From Anaerobacillus isosaccharinicus (GTDB lineage: Bacteria; Bacillota; Bacilli; Bacillales; Anaerobacillaceae), in contig NZ_CP063356.2 of assembly GCF_001866075.4 (NCBI RefSeq), forward strand, positions 5,192,926 to 5,224,925: DNA of 32,000 nt, given 5' to 3'. Below, one piece after another: positions 20,399 to 31,396 of this stretch (positions within the stretch are counted from its first letter, which is position 1; each line of letters opens with the position of its first letter). Below the pieces are notes generated by a model that was given only the letters and a program-made list of their open reading frames with translations, was not told where the DNA came from and ran no database searches. The translations under genes were made by a program, and so were the position numbers.

Positions 20399-20428
20399 GT
20401 ATAGAAAGGAAAAAATATCCGTATACTA
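20399..20428 (+). promoter_or_regulatory. Candidate forespore (sigma-F/sigma-G) promoter of yyaC
   Basis: GTATA (20399-20403), 18-nt spacer, TATACTA (20422-20428). Confidence 0.45.
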
Positions 20429-20461
20429 ATACTATTAATTTTTAAGATGGGAGGTCATAGG

Positions 20462-21082
20462 ATGATTACACGTAATCTCTTTAAAAAGAAACAGTTACCA
20501 TTTCGAGTTCATATTGATGAAACTAATGCAGCCCATGACTTTGCAAACCAACTACTAGACCTTCTACCAAAACTATTAAAAAGAGATATTGTCATAGTCT
20601 GTATTGGCACCGATAGATCAACTGGTGATTCTTTAGGACCGTTAATTGGTTCTAGATTAAAAGAAAGTAATTTAGACTTCTTTCACACTTATGGAACATT
20701 AGAAAATCCAATTCATGCAGTAAATCTTGAAGAGAAATTAGCTGAAATTAACGAGAGACATAGTAATGCTTTTGTCATTGGTATCGACGCCTGTCTCGGA
20801 CGTTCAACAAGTGTTGGCTTTATTTCAATTGCGGATGGCCCTGTTAAACCTGGAGCTGCAGTTAATAAAAAGCTTCCACCTGTTGGTGACATTCATATTA
20901 CTGGTATCGTAAATGTTGGTGGATTTATGGAATACATGGTACTGCAAAATACTCGCCTTCACTTCGTAATAAAAATGGCTGATAAAATTGCCGAAAGTAT
21001 CCTTCTTACCGATAAGATACTTAATAAAGAAAGACAGCGTTCAATGTTAAAAAGCATTAAACCATCCTTTTTCTCTAGTTAA
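20462..21082 (+). CDS. yyaC: YyaC family spore protein (germination protease/HybD-like fold)
   Basis: IVCIGTDRSTGDSLGPLIGSRL, YGTLENPIHAVNL, GIDACLGRSTSVG, NVGGFMEYMVLQNTRL; RBS GGGAGGT. ATG at 20462 is the better start. Confidence 0.92.
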   Translation: MITRNLFKKKQLPFRVHIDETNAAHDFANQLLDLLPKLLKRDIVIVCIGTDRSTGDSLGPLIGSRLKESNLDFFHTYGTLENPIHAVNLEEKLAEINERHSNAFVIGIDACLGRSTSVGFISIADGPVKPGAAVNKKLPPVGDIHITGIVNVGGFMEYMVLQNTRLHFVIKMADKIAESILLTDKILNKERQRSMLKSIKPSFFSS

Positions 21083-21153
21083 AGAATTATGTAACCTTCA
21101 ATTCGAAATATTTATTTAGCTACTTTAACTATTTAAAACCTTTATTAAGCACG

Positions 21154-21199
21154 AAAAAAGACAACTCCTTACATGTATATGTAGAGGTTGTCTTCTTTT
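21154..21199. terminator. Bidirectional terminator between convergent yyaC and the DUF554 gene
   Basis: AAAAAAGACAACTCC-ttacatgtatatgta-GAGGTTGTCTTCTTTT. Confidence 0.85.
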
Positions 21200-21261
21200 A
21201 TGAATAATTTATTAGTTTTGCGTTTAAAGCGTAGAGTTTTCAAAGTAGCTCAGTGCAGTTT

Positions 21262-21963
21262 TTAAAAGAAGCTAAGGATCGTAACAATAACGGCTACTAC
21301 TAGAATTGCTGGTAGTAGATTAGCTACTCTAATTTTTGTAATTCCAAGAATGTTTAAACCGATCGCTAAAATCATCACGCCACCTGTTGCTGTCATTTCA
21401 ACAATAAATGCATCCATGATCACTTGTGGGACGTAATTTGTTATTTGTGTCGCGAGAATAGCAATCGTTCCTTGATAGACCATTACTGGAAATGCTGAGA
21501 ACAAAACACCAATACCAAGCGTACTAGTAAATAAAATTGCGGAAAAACCATCTAACATCGATTTCGTATATAACACGGCATGATCATTTCTTAAACCACT
21601 GTCTAGTGCACCAACAATAGCCATTGCACCAACAACATAGATTAATGTTGCTGTGACAAAACCTTTAGCAAAAGATCCCTCTTCCTTAGCACCTGTTTTT
21701 ACTTCTAACCATTTCCCAAGTCTGTTAAGCTTATCCTCTAAATCCCACTTTTCTCCTAAAACTGCACCTATAGCTAAACTTCCTATGACAATTAAGAAGT
21801 TCTCACTCTTTAATCCCATTCCTACTCCAATAATTATTACAGCTAATGCAATGGCTTGCATGACTGTTACTTTCACTCTTTCTGGAATATTTCTTAGCTT
21901 TATACCAATTAATGAACCAATAATAATTGCTAAACCATTTACAATTGTTCCAAACAACGCCAT
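21262..21963 (-). CDS. DUF554 family membrane protein
   Basis: GTIVNGLAIIIGSLIGIKLRNIPERVKVTVMQAIALAVIIIGVGMGL; GSLAIGAVLGEKWDLEDKLNRLG. Confidence 0.9.
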   Translation of the reverse strand: MALFGTIVNGLAIIIGSLIGIKLRNIPERVKVTVMQAIALAVIIIGVGMGLKSENFLIVIGSLAIGAVLGEKWDLEDKLNRLGKWLEVKTGAKEEGSFAKGFVTATLIYVVGAMAIVGALDSGLRNDHAVLYTKSMLDGFSAILFTSTLGIGVLFSAFPVMVYQGTIAILATQITNYVPQVIMDAFIVEMTATGGVMILAIGLNILGITKIRVANLLPAILVVAVIVTILSFF

Positions 21964-21975
21964 TCTCGTCTTCTC

Positions 21976-23136
21976 CTATCCCACTAAACCTTCTTTTATC
22001 TCTATAATCATATCAATCCATTGGTCAATTTCTTCTATTGTATTATAAAGTCCAAAACTAGCCCGTAACGTACCACCTTCAATTGTTCCAATCGTTTCAT
22101 GCGCTAATGGCGCACAATGGAGTCCACCTCTTAATGCAACTTGATAGTGTTGGTCAAATATCATTGCAATTTCTTGGACATCGGTTTCATTAATAATAAA
22201 CGGAATGACTGCCAACCTTTCAACATGAAGATCAGGACCAAATACAGTTACACCATTAATATTTTTGAGTTTTTCTAAGCAGTATTTTGTTAATTTCCAT
22301 TCATGTTGGAAAATAGTCTCGACACCTCTACTAACTACTTCATCAATTCCAGCCGATAATCCAGCGATACCTGGTGTGTTTAATGTTCCACTTTCATAGC
22401 GGTTTGGTCGTGCTAGAGGTTGATCTTTTTCTTCAGAATGACTACCAGTTCCCCCATGAAAAAGTGGAGTTAGTTCGATTGATTTTTTAACAATAAGGGC
22501 ACCCGTTCCTTGTGGACCTAATAACCCTTTATGACCTGGAAATGCTAGCATATCGATATTCATTTCTTCCATATTTATCGGCAATATACCCGCTGTTTGT
22601 GAAGCATCGACTAAAAAGGAAATTCCTCTCTCTTTACAAACTGTCCCGATCATTTCTATTGGAAAAATAGCCCCTGTTAAGTTTGAGCCGTGGCTAGCTA
22701 CAATTAATTTCGTTTCAGGGAGTACTTCTGTTAAAAGTTGTTCTCTTGAGATATGACCATTATGATCACTTTTTAAATAGGTAACCTTTACACCTTTTTC
22801 TTGTTTTAAATACTCCAAAGGTCTCCTTACCGAATTATGTTCGTAAGAAGTTGAAATAACATGATCACCTTGTTTTAGATGTAAACCTTTAATTCCTTGA
22901 TTTAGTGCGTGAGTTGCGTTTTGACAAAAGATCACATTATTCGGATCTTTTTCGCCAAAAAGCTTTGCTAGCTTTACTCTTGTTTCATATATGACTGACG
23001 CTGCCTGATTCGCTAATTGATGCCCACCTCGGCCTGGATTGGCTCCAAACTCATTAATGGCTTTGATAACAGCAGTCGCAACAGTGTCTGGCTTTGGAAA
23101 TGAAGAAGCCGCTTGATCAAAATAAATGATTGGCAC
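21976..23136 (-). CDS. Aminotransferase class V / cysteine desulfurase-like enzyme
   Basis: YFDQAASSFPKPDTV, SYEHNSVRRPL, DASQTAGILPINM, FPGHKGLLGPQGTGAL, RGGLHCAPLAHETIG. Confidence 0.92.
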   Translation of the reverse strand: MPIIYFDQAASSFPKPDTVATAVIKAINEFGANPGRGGHQLANQAASVIYETRVKLAKLFGEKDPNNVIFCQNATHALNQGIKGLHLKQGDHVISTSYEHNSVRRPLEYLKQEKGVKVTYLKSDHNGHISREQLLTEVLPETKLIVASHGSNLTGAIFPIEMIGTVCKERGISFLVDASQTAGILPINMEEMNIDMLAFPGHKGLLGPQGTGALIVKKSIELTPLFHGGTGSHSEEKDQPLARPNRYESGTLNTPGIAGLSAGIDEVVSRGVETIFQHEWKLTKYCLEKLKNINGVTVFGPDLHVERLAVIPFIINETDVQEIAMIFDQHYQVALRGGLHCAPLAHETIGTIEGGTLRASFGLYNTIEEIDQWIDMIIEIKEGLVG

Positions 23137-23179
23137 GTTTACCCTCCTAACAAATTTCTCTTTAATCCTATAATTAGAA

Positions 23180-23222
23180 AAAAAGAGACTAACCCTTAAG
23201 GATTGGGTTAGACCTCTTAAGA
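23180..23222 (-). terminator. Terminator after spo0J/parB
   Basis: Minus strand AGAGGTCTAACCC-aatcctta-AGGGTTAGTCTCTTTTTTT. Confidence 0.85.
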
Positions 23223-23280
23223 GACATCTTTACGTCCGTCTTACTTTTTGTCTAGCAAAAAACTAGCTCTTTTCTTATTA

Positions 23281-24126
23281 TTAGTTTCCTTCTAATAACG
23301 ATAAAATTCTTTCTAAATCATCTTCAGAATAAAATTGAATTTCAATCTTACCCCTTTTCTTATTTTTCTTGATCGCAACAGAAGTACCAAAACGATCTCT
23401 TAAATACTCTTCTTTTTCTTTTATGAAAATAGAAGGCTCTTGTTTTTTTCGAATTGTTTCACGTGAAACATTCTCATTTAGATTCTGAATAATTTGTTCT
23501 AGTTGCCTGACATTCAGACCTTCTTCAAGTACCTTTTTGAGTAAAGGTACGAGCTTTTCTTTATTTTTTAATCCTAGTAAAGCTCGTCCATGCCCCATGG
23601 AAAGCTCTCCTTCTTCGATTAAAGCTTGAACTTCGTTTGGTAACTGTAATAAACGAAGATGATTGGCAATATGTGGGCGACTTTTCCCTAAACGCTTTGC
23701 AAGCTGCTCTTGTGTTAATTTTAAATGTTTCATAAGCTTATCGTAGGCAACAGCTTCTTCGATCGAGTTCAAATCTTCCCTTTGTAAGTTCTCAATTAAG
23801 GCAAACTCCATCATTTTATCTTCTGTTAACTCTTTGATAACAACAGGGACTGTTTTTAATCCCGCCTCTGTAGCAGCACGATATCTACGCTCACCTACGA
23901 CAATTTCATAGCCTTTAATACTTTTGCGGACTAGGATTGGTTGTAATATGCCATGGTTTAGGATTGAATCTTTCAACTCAGTAATTGATTCCTCTGAAAA
24001 GTACTTTCTTGGTTGATAAGGATTTGGCCTTAATTCACTTAATGAAACCTCTTGAATTTGTTCTTGTTTTTCATCCATTGCATCTGGAAAAAATGCTGAT
24101 ATCCCCTTACCTAACCCTTTAGCCAT
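23281..24126 (-). CDS. spo0J: Chromosome partitioning protein ParB/Spo0J
   Basis: [82 protein letters not shown]. Confidence 0.95.
   Translation of the reverse strand: MAKGLGKGISAFFPDAMDEKQEQIQEVSLSELRPNPYQPRKYFSEESITELKDSILNHGILQPILVRKSIKGYEIVVGERRYRAATEAGLKTVPVVIKELTEDKMMEFALIENLQREDLNSIEEAVAYDKLMKHLKLTQEQLAKRLGKSRPHIANHLRLLQLPNEVQALIEEGELSMGHGRALLGLKNKEKLVPLLKKVLEEGLNVRQLEQIIQNLNENVSRETIRKKQEPSIFIKEKEEYLRDRFGTSVAIKKNKKRGKIEIQFYSEDDLERILSLLEGN
23455..23470. promoter_or_regulatory. parS: parS site, inside spo0J
   Basis: Perfect TGTTTCACGTGAAACA palindrome; encodes part of NVSRETI. Confidence 0.95.
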
Positions 24127-24880
24127 TCGCAACCACTTCCTTTGCTAAATCTAGATAAACTTCAGCTCCCCTTGATTTCGGGTCATAAGTAATGATTGGT
24201 TGCCCGTGACTTGGCGCTTCACTTAAACGTACATTTCTTGGAATAATTGTTTTAAAAACTTTTTCTCGAAAGTATTTTTTTACTTCATCAATCACTTGAA
24301 TTCCCAAATTCGTTCTCGCATCAAGCATCGTTAACAATACACCTTCAATTGCTAAGTTTTTATTTAAGTGCTTTTGAACTAACCTAACCGTATTTAAAAG
24401 TTGACTTAATCCTTCAAGGGCATAATACTCACATTGAACTGGTATTAAGACTGAATTAGCAGCTGTCAAAGAATTAATCGTTAATAAACCTAAAGAAGGT
24501 GGGCAGTCAATAATGATATAATCATATTCTAGTTCCACTTGTTCAAGTGCTCTTCTTAATCGAACTTCCCTTGAAATTGTAGGAACTAGCTCTATTTCAG
24601 CACCGGCTAACTGAATAGTAGAAGGTATAATATGTAAACCGTCTACCGTTGTTTGCCTGATAACTTCTTTTGGACTTATATCTTCAACTAAAATGTTATA
24701 AATACAATTTTCAACATCGCCTTTATCTATACCAATTCCACTTGTTGTATTTCCTTGGGGATCAACGTCAATTAACAGTACTTTTTTACCTAAATGAGCT
24801 AGACAAGCACTTAAATTAACAGCAGTGGTTGTTTTACCAACCCCACCTTTTTGATTCGCGATTGCTATTACTTTCCCCAT
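24119..24880 (-). CDS. soj: ParA/Soj partition ATPase; likely start [13 protein letters not shown]
   Basis: [56 protein letters not shown]. Confidence 0.96.
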   Translation of the reverse strand: MGKVIAIANQKGGVGKTTTAVNLSACLAHLGKKVLLIDVDPQGNTTSGIGIDKGDVENCIYNILVEDISPKEVIRQTTVDGLHIIPSTIQLAGAEIELVPTISREVRLRRALEQVELEYDYIIIDCPPSLGLLTINSLTAANSVLIPVQCEYYALEGLSQLLNTVRLVQKHLNKNLAIEGVLLTMLDARTNLGIQVIDEVKKYFREKVFKTIIPRNVRLSEAPSHGQPIITYDPKSRGAEVYLDLAKEVVANG

Positions 24881-25146
24881 TCTTTCACCTACCTCATTTA
24901 CATGTCTTTCTATCATATTTAAATAGAATTTTGGTATAAAATGTATCTAGATTAAGATTTTTAACCAAAAAATATCTATCTAAAAATGCATTAGTTATAT
25001 TTTATCATGAAAATTTAAAACTAAGTTATTTTTTACGTTAAAAAATTGAAAAACTATTGATATTGATAGAAAAGTAAATAAAAAAAGAACTCAAATCCGA
25101 GGAAGTGAGCCATAGAATTAAGATAAATGGTAATTACCTAAAATTA

Positions 25147-26007
25147 TTATTTCTTTTTTGGGATTTTAATCGTGAATTGATAATAGTCTTCATGATCTTC
25201 TTCATCGGTATCAATAGAAAGACCACTTTTGATAACCATATCAACAGATTGACGAATTGTATTCATCGCTAAACGCATATCTCTTGAAAATGCTTTTCTT
25301 TGCGGTTTTTTCTTTTTGATTGGTCCTTCTAAGAACTTCTTAATAAGTTCTTCGGTTTGTTTCACATTTAGTCCTTTTTCAATAACTTCCGTAAGAAGTT
25401 TTTCTTGAACCTCTTCATCTTTTACAGATAGAAGTGCTCTAGCATGACGTTCTGTAATCACTCGATTTAATATAGCTTCCTGTACCTTTTCCGGTAACTG
25501 TAATAGCCGAAGTTTATTTGCGATTGTGGACTGCCCTTTTCCAAGGCGTTGCGCTAAACTTTCTTGTGTTAAACCATGTAACTCTAATAATTTAGCATAG
25601 GCAACAGCTTCTTCAATCGCTGTTAAACCTTCACGTTGCAAATTTTCAATTAAAGCAACAGAAGCAGTTTGGGAATCATTAAATTCCTTCACAATTGCCG
25701 GAATATGCTCCCAACCTAATTTCGTCACTGCTCTCCAGCGGCGTTCCCCAGCAATGATCTCAAATCTACCATCACGCTCACGGACAACGATTGGTTGAAT
25801 AACACCATGGGTACGAATCGTTTGTGCTAATTCATCAATACGTTCATCAACAAAAACAGTACGGGGCTGAAAACGATTTGGTACTATATCCTTAATAGGT
25901 AATTGTTTTACTTCTTCGTTCTCCCTAATTTCCTCAACTTTTTCTACTTCTTCAATTATTTCTTCGCTCTTTTCATTAAAACCGAACAGGCGTGAAAACG
26001 GCTTCAT
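25147..26007 (-). CDS. noc: Nucleoid occlusion protein Noc (ParB-like)
   Basis: N-terminal amphipathic [10 protein letters not shown], ParB fold, adjacent to rsmG; conserved synteny soj-noc-rsmG. Confidence 0.94.
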   Translation of the reverse strand: MKPFSRLFGFNEKSEEIIEEVEKVEEIRENEEVKQLPIKDIVPNRFQPRTVFVDERIDELAQTIRTHGVIQPIVVRERDGRFEIIAGERRWRAVTKLGWEHIPAIVKEFNDSQTASVALIENLQREGLTAIEEAVAYAKLLELHGLTQESLAQRLGKGQSTIANKLRLLQLPEKVQEAILNRVITERHARALLSVKDEEVQEKLLTEVIEKGLNVKQTEELIKKFLEGPIKKKKPQRKAFSRDMRLAMNTIRQSVDMVIKSGLSIDTDEEDHEDYYQFTIKIPKKK

Positions 26008-26101
26008 CGCGACACCACCCTCTGAAAACTACCTTCCTAACATATTTCTACATTGATATTAGAAAGTCCTTCTTTAATAATAACATTATAAACAATAAAA
26101 A

Positions 26102-26117
26102 TGTTTCACGTGAAACA
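26102..26117. promoter_or_regulatory. parS: parS site between rsmG and noc
   Basis: Perfect TGTTTCACGTGAAACA. Confidence 0.95.
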
Positions 26118-26200
26118 TTTTTATTATGAATAAATCAAATAAGTCTATTAGACTAGCAAATTCAAAGATCAGTCAGATGTAACCAACAAATTTACTCTCC

Positions 26201-26234
26201 TAAAGAAGCTAACGATTAGTAGTTAGCTTCCTAA
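26201..26234 (-). terminator. Hairpin downstream of rsmG, weak U-tract
   Basis: AGAAGCTAAC-gattagta-GTTAGCTTCCT. Confidence 0.45.
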
Positions 26235-26248
26235 AGAATTTCAAATTT

Positions 26249-26962
26249 TTATAACGGTTGTTTATTTGGAGTTCCTGGCTTTCTTGGATACGTATTTGGT
26301 GTTTTCTTGCGTTTTTCGATAAATACAAAATGTCTTGTACTCTCTTCAACGGGTAATAATAAACTTTCGTTTCTAACAACGTGTCCTCCAAGAGTAGCAA
26401 TCGCTTTTTTACTATCTGCAATTTCATTAACTACTTCCGGACCTTTCATTGCTAGGAACAAGCCGCCTACTTTCACTAAAGGCAAACAAAGTTCTGCTAA
26501 AACAGGCATTCTTGCTACAGCCCTAGCTATGACAAAATCATAATTTTCACGATGTTCTTTTTTCTTAGCAAACGATTCAGCACGATCATGAAAAAATGCT
26601 ACCTTTTCTAACTTTAACATTGAAGCTAAATGTTGTAAAAAAGAAATTCGCTTGTTCAAAGAATCGACAATTGTTACGTTTAAGTGAGGAAAACAAATTT
26701 TTATGGGAATACTTGGAAATCCAGCTCCAGCACCTACATCAACTAGACGTAACGGCTTTGTGAAATCATGAAAAAAAGCTGCACTAATTGAATCATAAAA
26801 ATGTTTTAAATACACCGCTTCTTCATCGGTAATCGCTGTTAAATTCATTTTATTATTCCACTCAACTAATTCACGAAAATATAACTCAAATTGTTGCATT
26901 TGCGTTTCATTAAGAACAATACCTTTTTCTGCTAAGCTAGAATGAAACTCTGTCTTATTCAT
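26249..26962 (-). CDS. rsmG: 16S rRNA (guanine-N7) methyltransferase RsmG (GidB)
   Basis: [63 protein letters not shown]. Confidence 0.96.
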   Translation of the reverse strand: MNKTEFHSSLAEKGIVLNETQMQQFELYFRELVEWNNKMNLTAITDEEAVYLKHFYDSISAAFFHDFTKPLRLVDVGAGAGFPSIPIKICFPHLNVTIVDSLNKRISFLQHLASMLKLEKVAFFHDRAESFAKKKEHRENYDFVIARAVARMPVLAELCLPLVKVGGLFLAMKGPEVVNEIADSKKAIATLGGHVVRNESLLLPVEESTRHFVFIEKRKKTPNTYPRKPGTPNKQPL

Positions 26963-28859
26963 CTGTACCACTTTCTTTCGTTCTTTTTAATTTACCTTGC
27001 TCTAAATAGACTAATAAAATTGATACATCAGCAGGATTAACACCTGAAACCCTTGAAGCCTGACCAACAGAAAGCGGTCTTACTTCACTTAGTTTTTGAC
27101 GAGCCTCTGTTGCCAGTCCAGAAATTGCATGATAATCAAGATTTTCAGGGATCTTTTTATCATCCATTTTCTTCATTTTTTCAACTTGTTGATACTGCTT
27201 TTCAATATATCCAGCATACTTAATTTGAATTTCTACTTGTTCAGCCACTTCAGCTGAAACTTCTTCATCACTAGGGAAAAGCTTCGCAATAAATTGATAC
27301 GTAATTTCAGGACGCTTTAATAGTACAGATGCTTTATAACCATCTTGTAATGGTGAAGATCCAATTTCAGCAAGTAATGACTGCACTTCACTAGTCGGCC
27401 TAATCATCGTTTGTTCTAATCGCTCAATTTCCTTTCTAACTTGGTCTTGTTTTGCGACAAAACGCTGGTAACGTTCCTCAGGAATAAGGCCGACCTTATA
27501 TCCAATTTCTGTAAGTCTTAGATCAGCATTGTCATGACGCAGCACTAACCGATGCTCCGCTCTTGAAGTAAGCAACCGATAAGGTTCATTCGTTCCTTTT
27601 GTTACTAAATCATCTACTAAAACACCAATATATGCTTCTGAACGATCAAGAATAATCGGCTCGCGGTTAGATGCTTTTAGCGCTGCATTAATCCCTGCAA
27701 AAATCCCTTGCCCTGCAGCCTCTTCATAGCCTGATGTTCCATTAATTTGACCTGCTGTAAAAAGGTTTTGAACTAATTTTGTTTCAAGAGTTGGCCAAAG
27801 TTGCGTTGGTACGACTGCATCATACTCAATGGCATACCCTGGACGCATCATTTTTACATTTTCTAACCCTTTAATTGTTTTTAACATTTCTAGCTGCACT
27901 TCTTCTGGCAAGCTTGTTGAAAATCCTTGGACATAAACTTCAGACGTATTTTTCCCTTCAGGTTCTAGAAAAATTTGGTGTCTAGGCTTATCACTAAAAC
28001 GAACAATTTTATCCTCAATTGACGGACAATATCTTGGACCAGTTCCTTCTATTACTCCTGAATACATAGGCGAACGGTGCAAATTAGCATTTATAATTCC
28101 GTGTGTTTCCTCTGTCGTATACGTTAACCAACAAGGTAATTGATCTACGACATTAAATTCTTTCGTTTCATATGAAAAAGCTCTTGGTTCATCATCTCCA
28201 GGTTGAATTTCGGTCACGCTATAATCAATAGTATCTCCTTGAACACGTGGAGGAGTTCCTGTTTTAAATCTAACTAACTGAAAGCCATGATTAAGTAAAT
28301 CATACGCTAAATTAACAGAAGGCTGTTGATTGTTTGGTCCACTTTCATAAGCTAAGTCACCAAGTATGACTTTTCCTCGTAAATAAGTACCGGTTGTAAT
28401 AATGACTGTCTTAGCTTTATAAGTTGCACCAGTATTAGTAACAACACCGCGGCAAAGTCCATCTTCAACAATTAGTTTTTCAACCATTCCTTGACGTAAC
28501 AATAAATTCTCTTGCTCTTCGATTGTCTTTTTCATTTCATGTTGATATAAATATTTATCGGCCTGAGCACGCAGCGCCCGGACTGCTGGCCCCTTTGCAG
28601 TGTTTAACATTCTCATTTGAATATGGGTTTTATCAATATTCCTTCCCATTTCGCCACCAAGAGCATCTATTTCTCTAACAACTATCCCTTTTGCAGGACC
28701 ACCTACAGAAGGATTACAAGGCATATAAGCAACTGCATCTAAATTTAACGTTAACATTAACGTGTTAGCACCCATTCGTGCCGCAGCTAAGCCCGCCTCT
28801 ACCCCTGCATGCCCAGCCCCAACAACGATAACATCAAACTCACCAGCATGATATTCCAT
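26955..28859 (-). CDS. mnmG: tRNA uridine-5-carboxymethylaminomethyl modification enzyme MnmG (GidA)
   Basis: [67 protein letters not shown]. Confidence 0.97.
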   Translation of the reverse strand: MEYHAGEFDVIVVGAGHAGVEAGLAAARMGANTLMLTLNLDAVAYMPCNPSVGGPAKGIVVREIDALGGEMGRNIDKTHIQMRMLNTAKGPAVRALRAQADKYLYQHEMKKTIEEQENLLLRQGMVEKLIVEDGLCRGVVTNTGATYKAKTVIITTGTYLRGKVILGDLAYESGPNNQQPSVNLAYDLLNHGFQLVRFKTGTPPRVQGDTIDYSVTEIQPGDDEPRAFSYETKEFNVVDQLPCWLTYTTEETHGIINANLHRSPMYSGVIEGTGPRYCPSIEDKIVRFSDKPRHQIFLEPEGKNTSEVYVQGFSTSLPEEVQLEMLKTIKGLENVKMMRPGYAIEYDAVVPTQLWPTLETKLVQNLFTAGQINGTSGYEEAAGQGIFAGINAALKASNREPIILDRSEAYIGVLVDDLVTKGTNEPYRLLTSRAEHRLVLRHDNADLRLTEIGYKVGLIPEERYQRFVAKQDQVRKEIERLEQTMIRPTSEVQSLLAEIGSSPLQDGYKASVLLKRPEITYQFIAKLFPSDEEVSAEVAEQVEIQIKYAGYIEKQYQQVEKMKKMDDKKIPENLDYHAISGLATEARQKLSEVRPLSVGQASRVSGVNPADVSILLVYLEQGKLKRTKESGTDE

Positions 28860-28880
28860 TAAAATTCCTCCTCTACTTCA

Positions 28881-28979
28881 TTGTAAAATGTAGAATTTAG
28901 AATGTAGAATTAGTCGAGGGGAAAGCTTCGAAGCAACACTCACAACATTCTTCATTTTAAATTTTACATTCTACATTTA
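28881..28979. repeat. Heptad-arm palindromic element, copy 4 (mnmE|mnmG gap)
   Basis: TTGTAA AATGTAG AATTTAG AATGTAG AATTAG ... AAGCTTCGAAGC ... CATT CTTCATT TTAAATT TTACATT CTACATT TA; ends on the mnmE stop codon. Confidence 0.88.
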
Positions 28980-30353
28980 TTTCCCTAAACAAAACTGTGA
29001 AAAAAGTTGATCGATTAGGCTTTCTGAAACGGTATCTCCGTTGATTTCACCTAATAGTTCCCATGTTCTTGTTATATCTATTTGAACCATATCAATAGGT
29101 ACTGCTGAATGCAGCGCCATAATCGCTTCATCAATCGTTCCTAGCGCTTGATGTAGTAAACCTATATGCCTAGAATTTGATACATACGTTAAGTCGCCAC
29201 CTTCAATATTACCCTGGAAGAAAAGTTTTGAGATGGCATCTTCTAACTCATCAATGCCTTCATCTTCTATTAAAGATGTCGTAACAACGGGTCTTCCTTT
29301 TGCTAACACCTTAACTTTCTCTAAATCAATTTTCTTAGCTACATCAGTTTTATTGACGATAATGATTGCATCCATGTTTTCAATAATTTCAAATAAGCTC
29401 TCATCTTCTTTTGTTAATACTTCACCGTAATTCAAGACAAGTAAAACGAGTTCTGCTTCTTTAACTACTTTCCTTGATCGTTCAACACCAATTTTTTCAA
29501 CAATATCTTCTGTTTCTCTAATACCAGCAGTGTCTAACAATCGTAGCGGAACACCTCTAACATTAACATATTCCTCAATAACATCCCTTGTTGTACCTGG
29601 TATATCTGTCACAATCGCTTTCGCTTCATGAACTAAGCTATTTAATAATGAGGATTTTCCGACATTCGGTCTTCCAATAATAACTGTTGAAAGCCCTTCT
29701 CGTAATATTTTCCCTTGTTGGGCCGTGTTAAGAATTTTTTCTATTTCACCCTTAACATACTGTGCTTTCTCTAAAAGAAGGTTAGTCGTCATTTCCTCAG
29801 CATCGTATTCTGGATAATCAATATTTACCTCAACGTGAGCAACCGTCTCTAGTAACGCTTGTCTTAGCTTCTGAACTTTTTTTGATAATCTTCCTTCGAC
29901 TTGGCCAATAGCAACGTTCATTGCCTTGTCTGTTTTAGCACGAATCAAATCAATAACACCTTCTGCTTGAGACAAATCAATTCGACCATTTAGAAAAGCC
30001 CGTTTTGTGAACTCACCTGGTTCAGCTAGACGAACACCCGACTGCAACACTTGTTGCAAGACGCGATTAACAGAAACTAAGCCACCATGACAGTTAATTT
30101 CAACAATGTCTTCCCTTGTAAATGTTCTTGGAGCCTTTAAAACTGAAACCATTACTTCATCTATAACTTGCTCTGAATTTTTTTCAATAATATAGCCGTA
30201 GTGGATCGTATGACTTTCCACCTCTAATAAAGATTTTCTACCTTTATAAATTTTATTAACCGCAGCAACTGCATCGTCTCCACTTACTCGAACAATAGCA
30301 ATAGCACCTTCCCCCATCGCAGTGGAAATTGCGGCAATTGTATCAAATTCCAT
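28977..30353 (-). CDS. mnmE: tRNA modification GTPase MnmE (TrmE)
   Basis: [71 protein letters not shown]-terminal FCLGK. Confidence 0.97.
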   Translation of the reverse strand: MEFDTIAAISTAMGEGAIAIVRVSGDDAVAAVNKIYKGRKSLLEVESHTIHYGYIIEKNSEQVIDEVMVSVLKAPRTFTREDIVEINCHGGLVSVNRVLQQVLQSGVRLAEPGEFTKRAFLNGRIDLSQAEGVIDLIRAKTDKAMNVAIGQVEGRLSKKVQKLRQALLETVAHVEVNIDYPEYDAEEMTTNLLLEKAQYVKGEIEKILNTAQQGKILREGLSTVIIGRPNVGKSSLLNSLVHEAKAIVTDIPGTTRDVIEEYVNVRGVPLRLLDTAGIRETEDIVEKIGVERSRKVVKEAELVLLVLNYGEVLTKEDESLFEIIENMDAIIIVNKTDVAKKIDLEKVKVLAKGRPVVTTSLIEDEGIDELEDAISKLFFQGNIEGGDLTYVSNSRHIGLLHQALGTIDEAIMALHSAVPIDMVQIDITRTWELLGEINGDTVSESLIDQLFSQFCLGK

Positions 30354-30625
30354 CTTCTTCTTCACCTCTTAATAGAAAAGCATAGAGCGCCGCATAGCGG
30401 CGACAAGCAAATAATATTATTGTATTTCTTTATAGAAAATCCTACTGTCCCTAACTAACAAGAATACCACAGTCTCTCTTTAATAAAAAGATTTTCCAAC
30501 TACTCTATTCAACTATTGTTTCCGTTTTTCACTATTATCAACCGTAAAACTATCCACAACCCTTTTTTCTTATTTTTTTCTTTTAAAAACATTTCTATTT
30601 TTCCACATGTTAATAACCGATTTAA

Positions 30626-30716
30626 AATGCAAAATGTAGAATATAGAATTACTTGTGGGTAAATTCTACGAAGCTTTTCAAAAACATTTTACATTCTAAA
30701 TTCTATATTCTACATT
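30626..30716. repeat. Heptad-arm palindromic element, copy 5 (jag|mnmE gap)
   Basis: AATGCAA AATGTAG AATATAG AATTACT ... CTACGAAGCTT ... CATT TTACATT CTAAATT CTATATT CTACATT; divergent core. Confidence 0.8.
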
Positions 30717-30764
30717 AAAAAAAAGCCTACATCAGTGTTTTCACACTAGCATAGGCTTTTTTGT
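30717..30764. terminator. Terminator after jag, T-runs on both strands
   Basis: AAAAAAAAGCCTAcatcAGTGttttCACTagcaTAGGCTTTTTT-like hairpin, adjacent to copy 5. Confidence 0.85.
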
Positions 30765-30772
30765 CATTTTAT

Positions 30773-31396
30773 TTACTTGCTGGCTGGAGCAACAACGATT
30801 CTACGGTTAGGTTCAACACCTTCGGAATACGTTTTGACTCCTTTAATTTCTTGTAGTGCTGTATGAATAATTTTTCTTTCTAACGCATTCATCGGTTCTA
30901 AAATAACTTCTTTTCTCGTTCTAACTGCTTTAGTACCTAGACGTTTCGCCAATTGCTCAAGGGATTCCTTACGACGATCTCGGTAATTTTCAGCATCTAA
31001 AACGATTCGCATATATTGTTCTGATGAACGGTTTGCTACTAGATTAACTAAATATTGAAGTGAATCGAGGGTTTGCCCTCTCTTACCGATAAGCATTCCG
31101 ATGCCTTCTCCGCTAAGATTCAATAGTAAACCATCTTTCGTTTCAACTTTATTTATCTCTATAGAAACACCCATATTTTTTGTAACATCTTGAAGGAAGT
31201 TAATTGCTTCATCTGCTGCATCAGGTTTAATCTCAACTTCAACGACTGCTGGTTTTACACCAATTAAGCCTAAAAATCCCTTTTGAGGTTCTTCTACAAT
31301 TTTAATTGAGACTCTTTCTCTCGTTGTATTTAATTGCTTTATAGCAGATTGGACAGCTTCATCAACGGTTTTCCCTGAAACAGTTATCTTTTTCAC
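30773..31396 (-). CDS. jag: RNA-binding protein Jag/KhpB (Jag_N, KH, R3H)
   Basis: [54 protein letters not shown]; [24 protein letters not shown]; SYSEG-like [16 protein letters not shown]. Confidence 0.96.
   Translation of the reverse strand: MKKITVSGKTVDEAVQSAIKQLNTTRERVSIKIVEEPQKGFLGLIGVKPAVVEVEIKPDAADEAINFLQDVTKNMGVSIEINKVETKDGLLLNLSGEGIGMLIGKRGQTLDSLQYLVNLVANRSSEQYMRIVLDAENYRDRRKESLEQLAKRLGTKAVRTRKEVILEPMNALERKIIHTALQEIKGVKTYSEGVEPNRRIVVAPASK

Noticed and set aside
20386-20399. Possible Noc-binding site, TATTCCCGGGCATG
   Set aside because: Only the central TTCCCGGG matches the palindrome ATTTCCCGGGAAAT; the flanks fail, so unsupported without Noc ChIP data.
21653-22048. 131-aa plus-strand ORF overlapping DUF554 and the cysteine desulfurase-like gene
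   Set aside because: Antisense shadow ORF; no independent coding evidence.
26209-26427. Minus-strand 72-aa ORF overlapping the rsmG end
   Set aside because: Out-of-frame with rsmG and spans its terminator-like hairpin.
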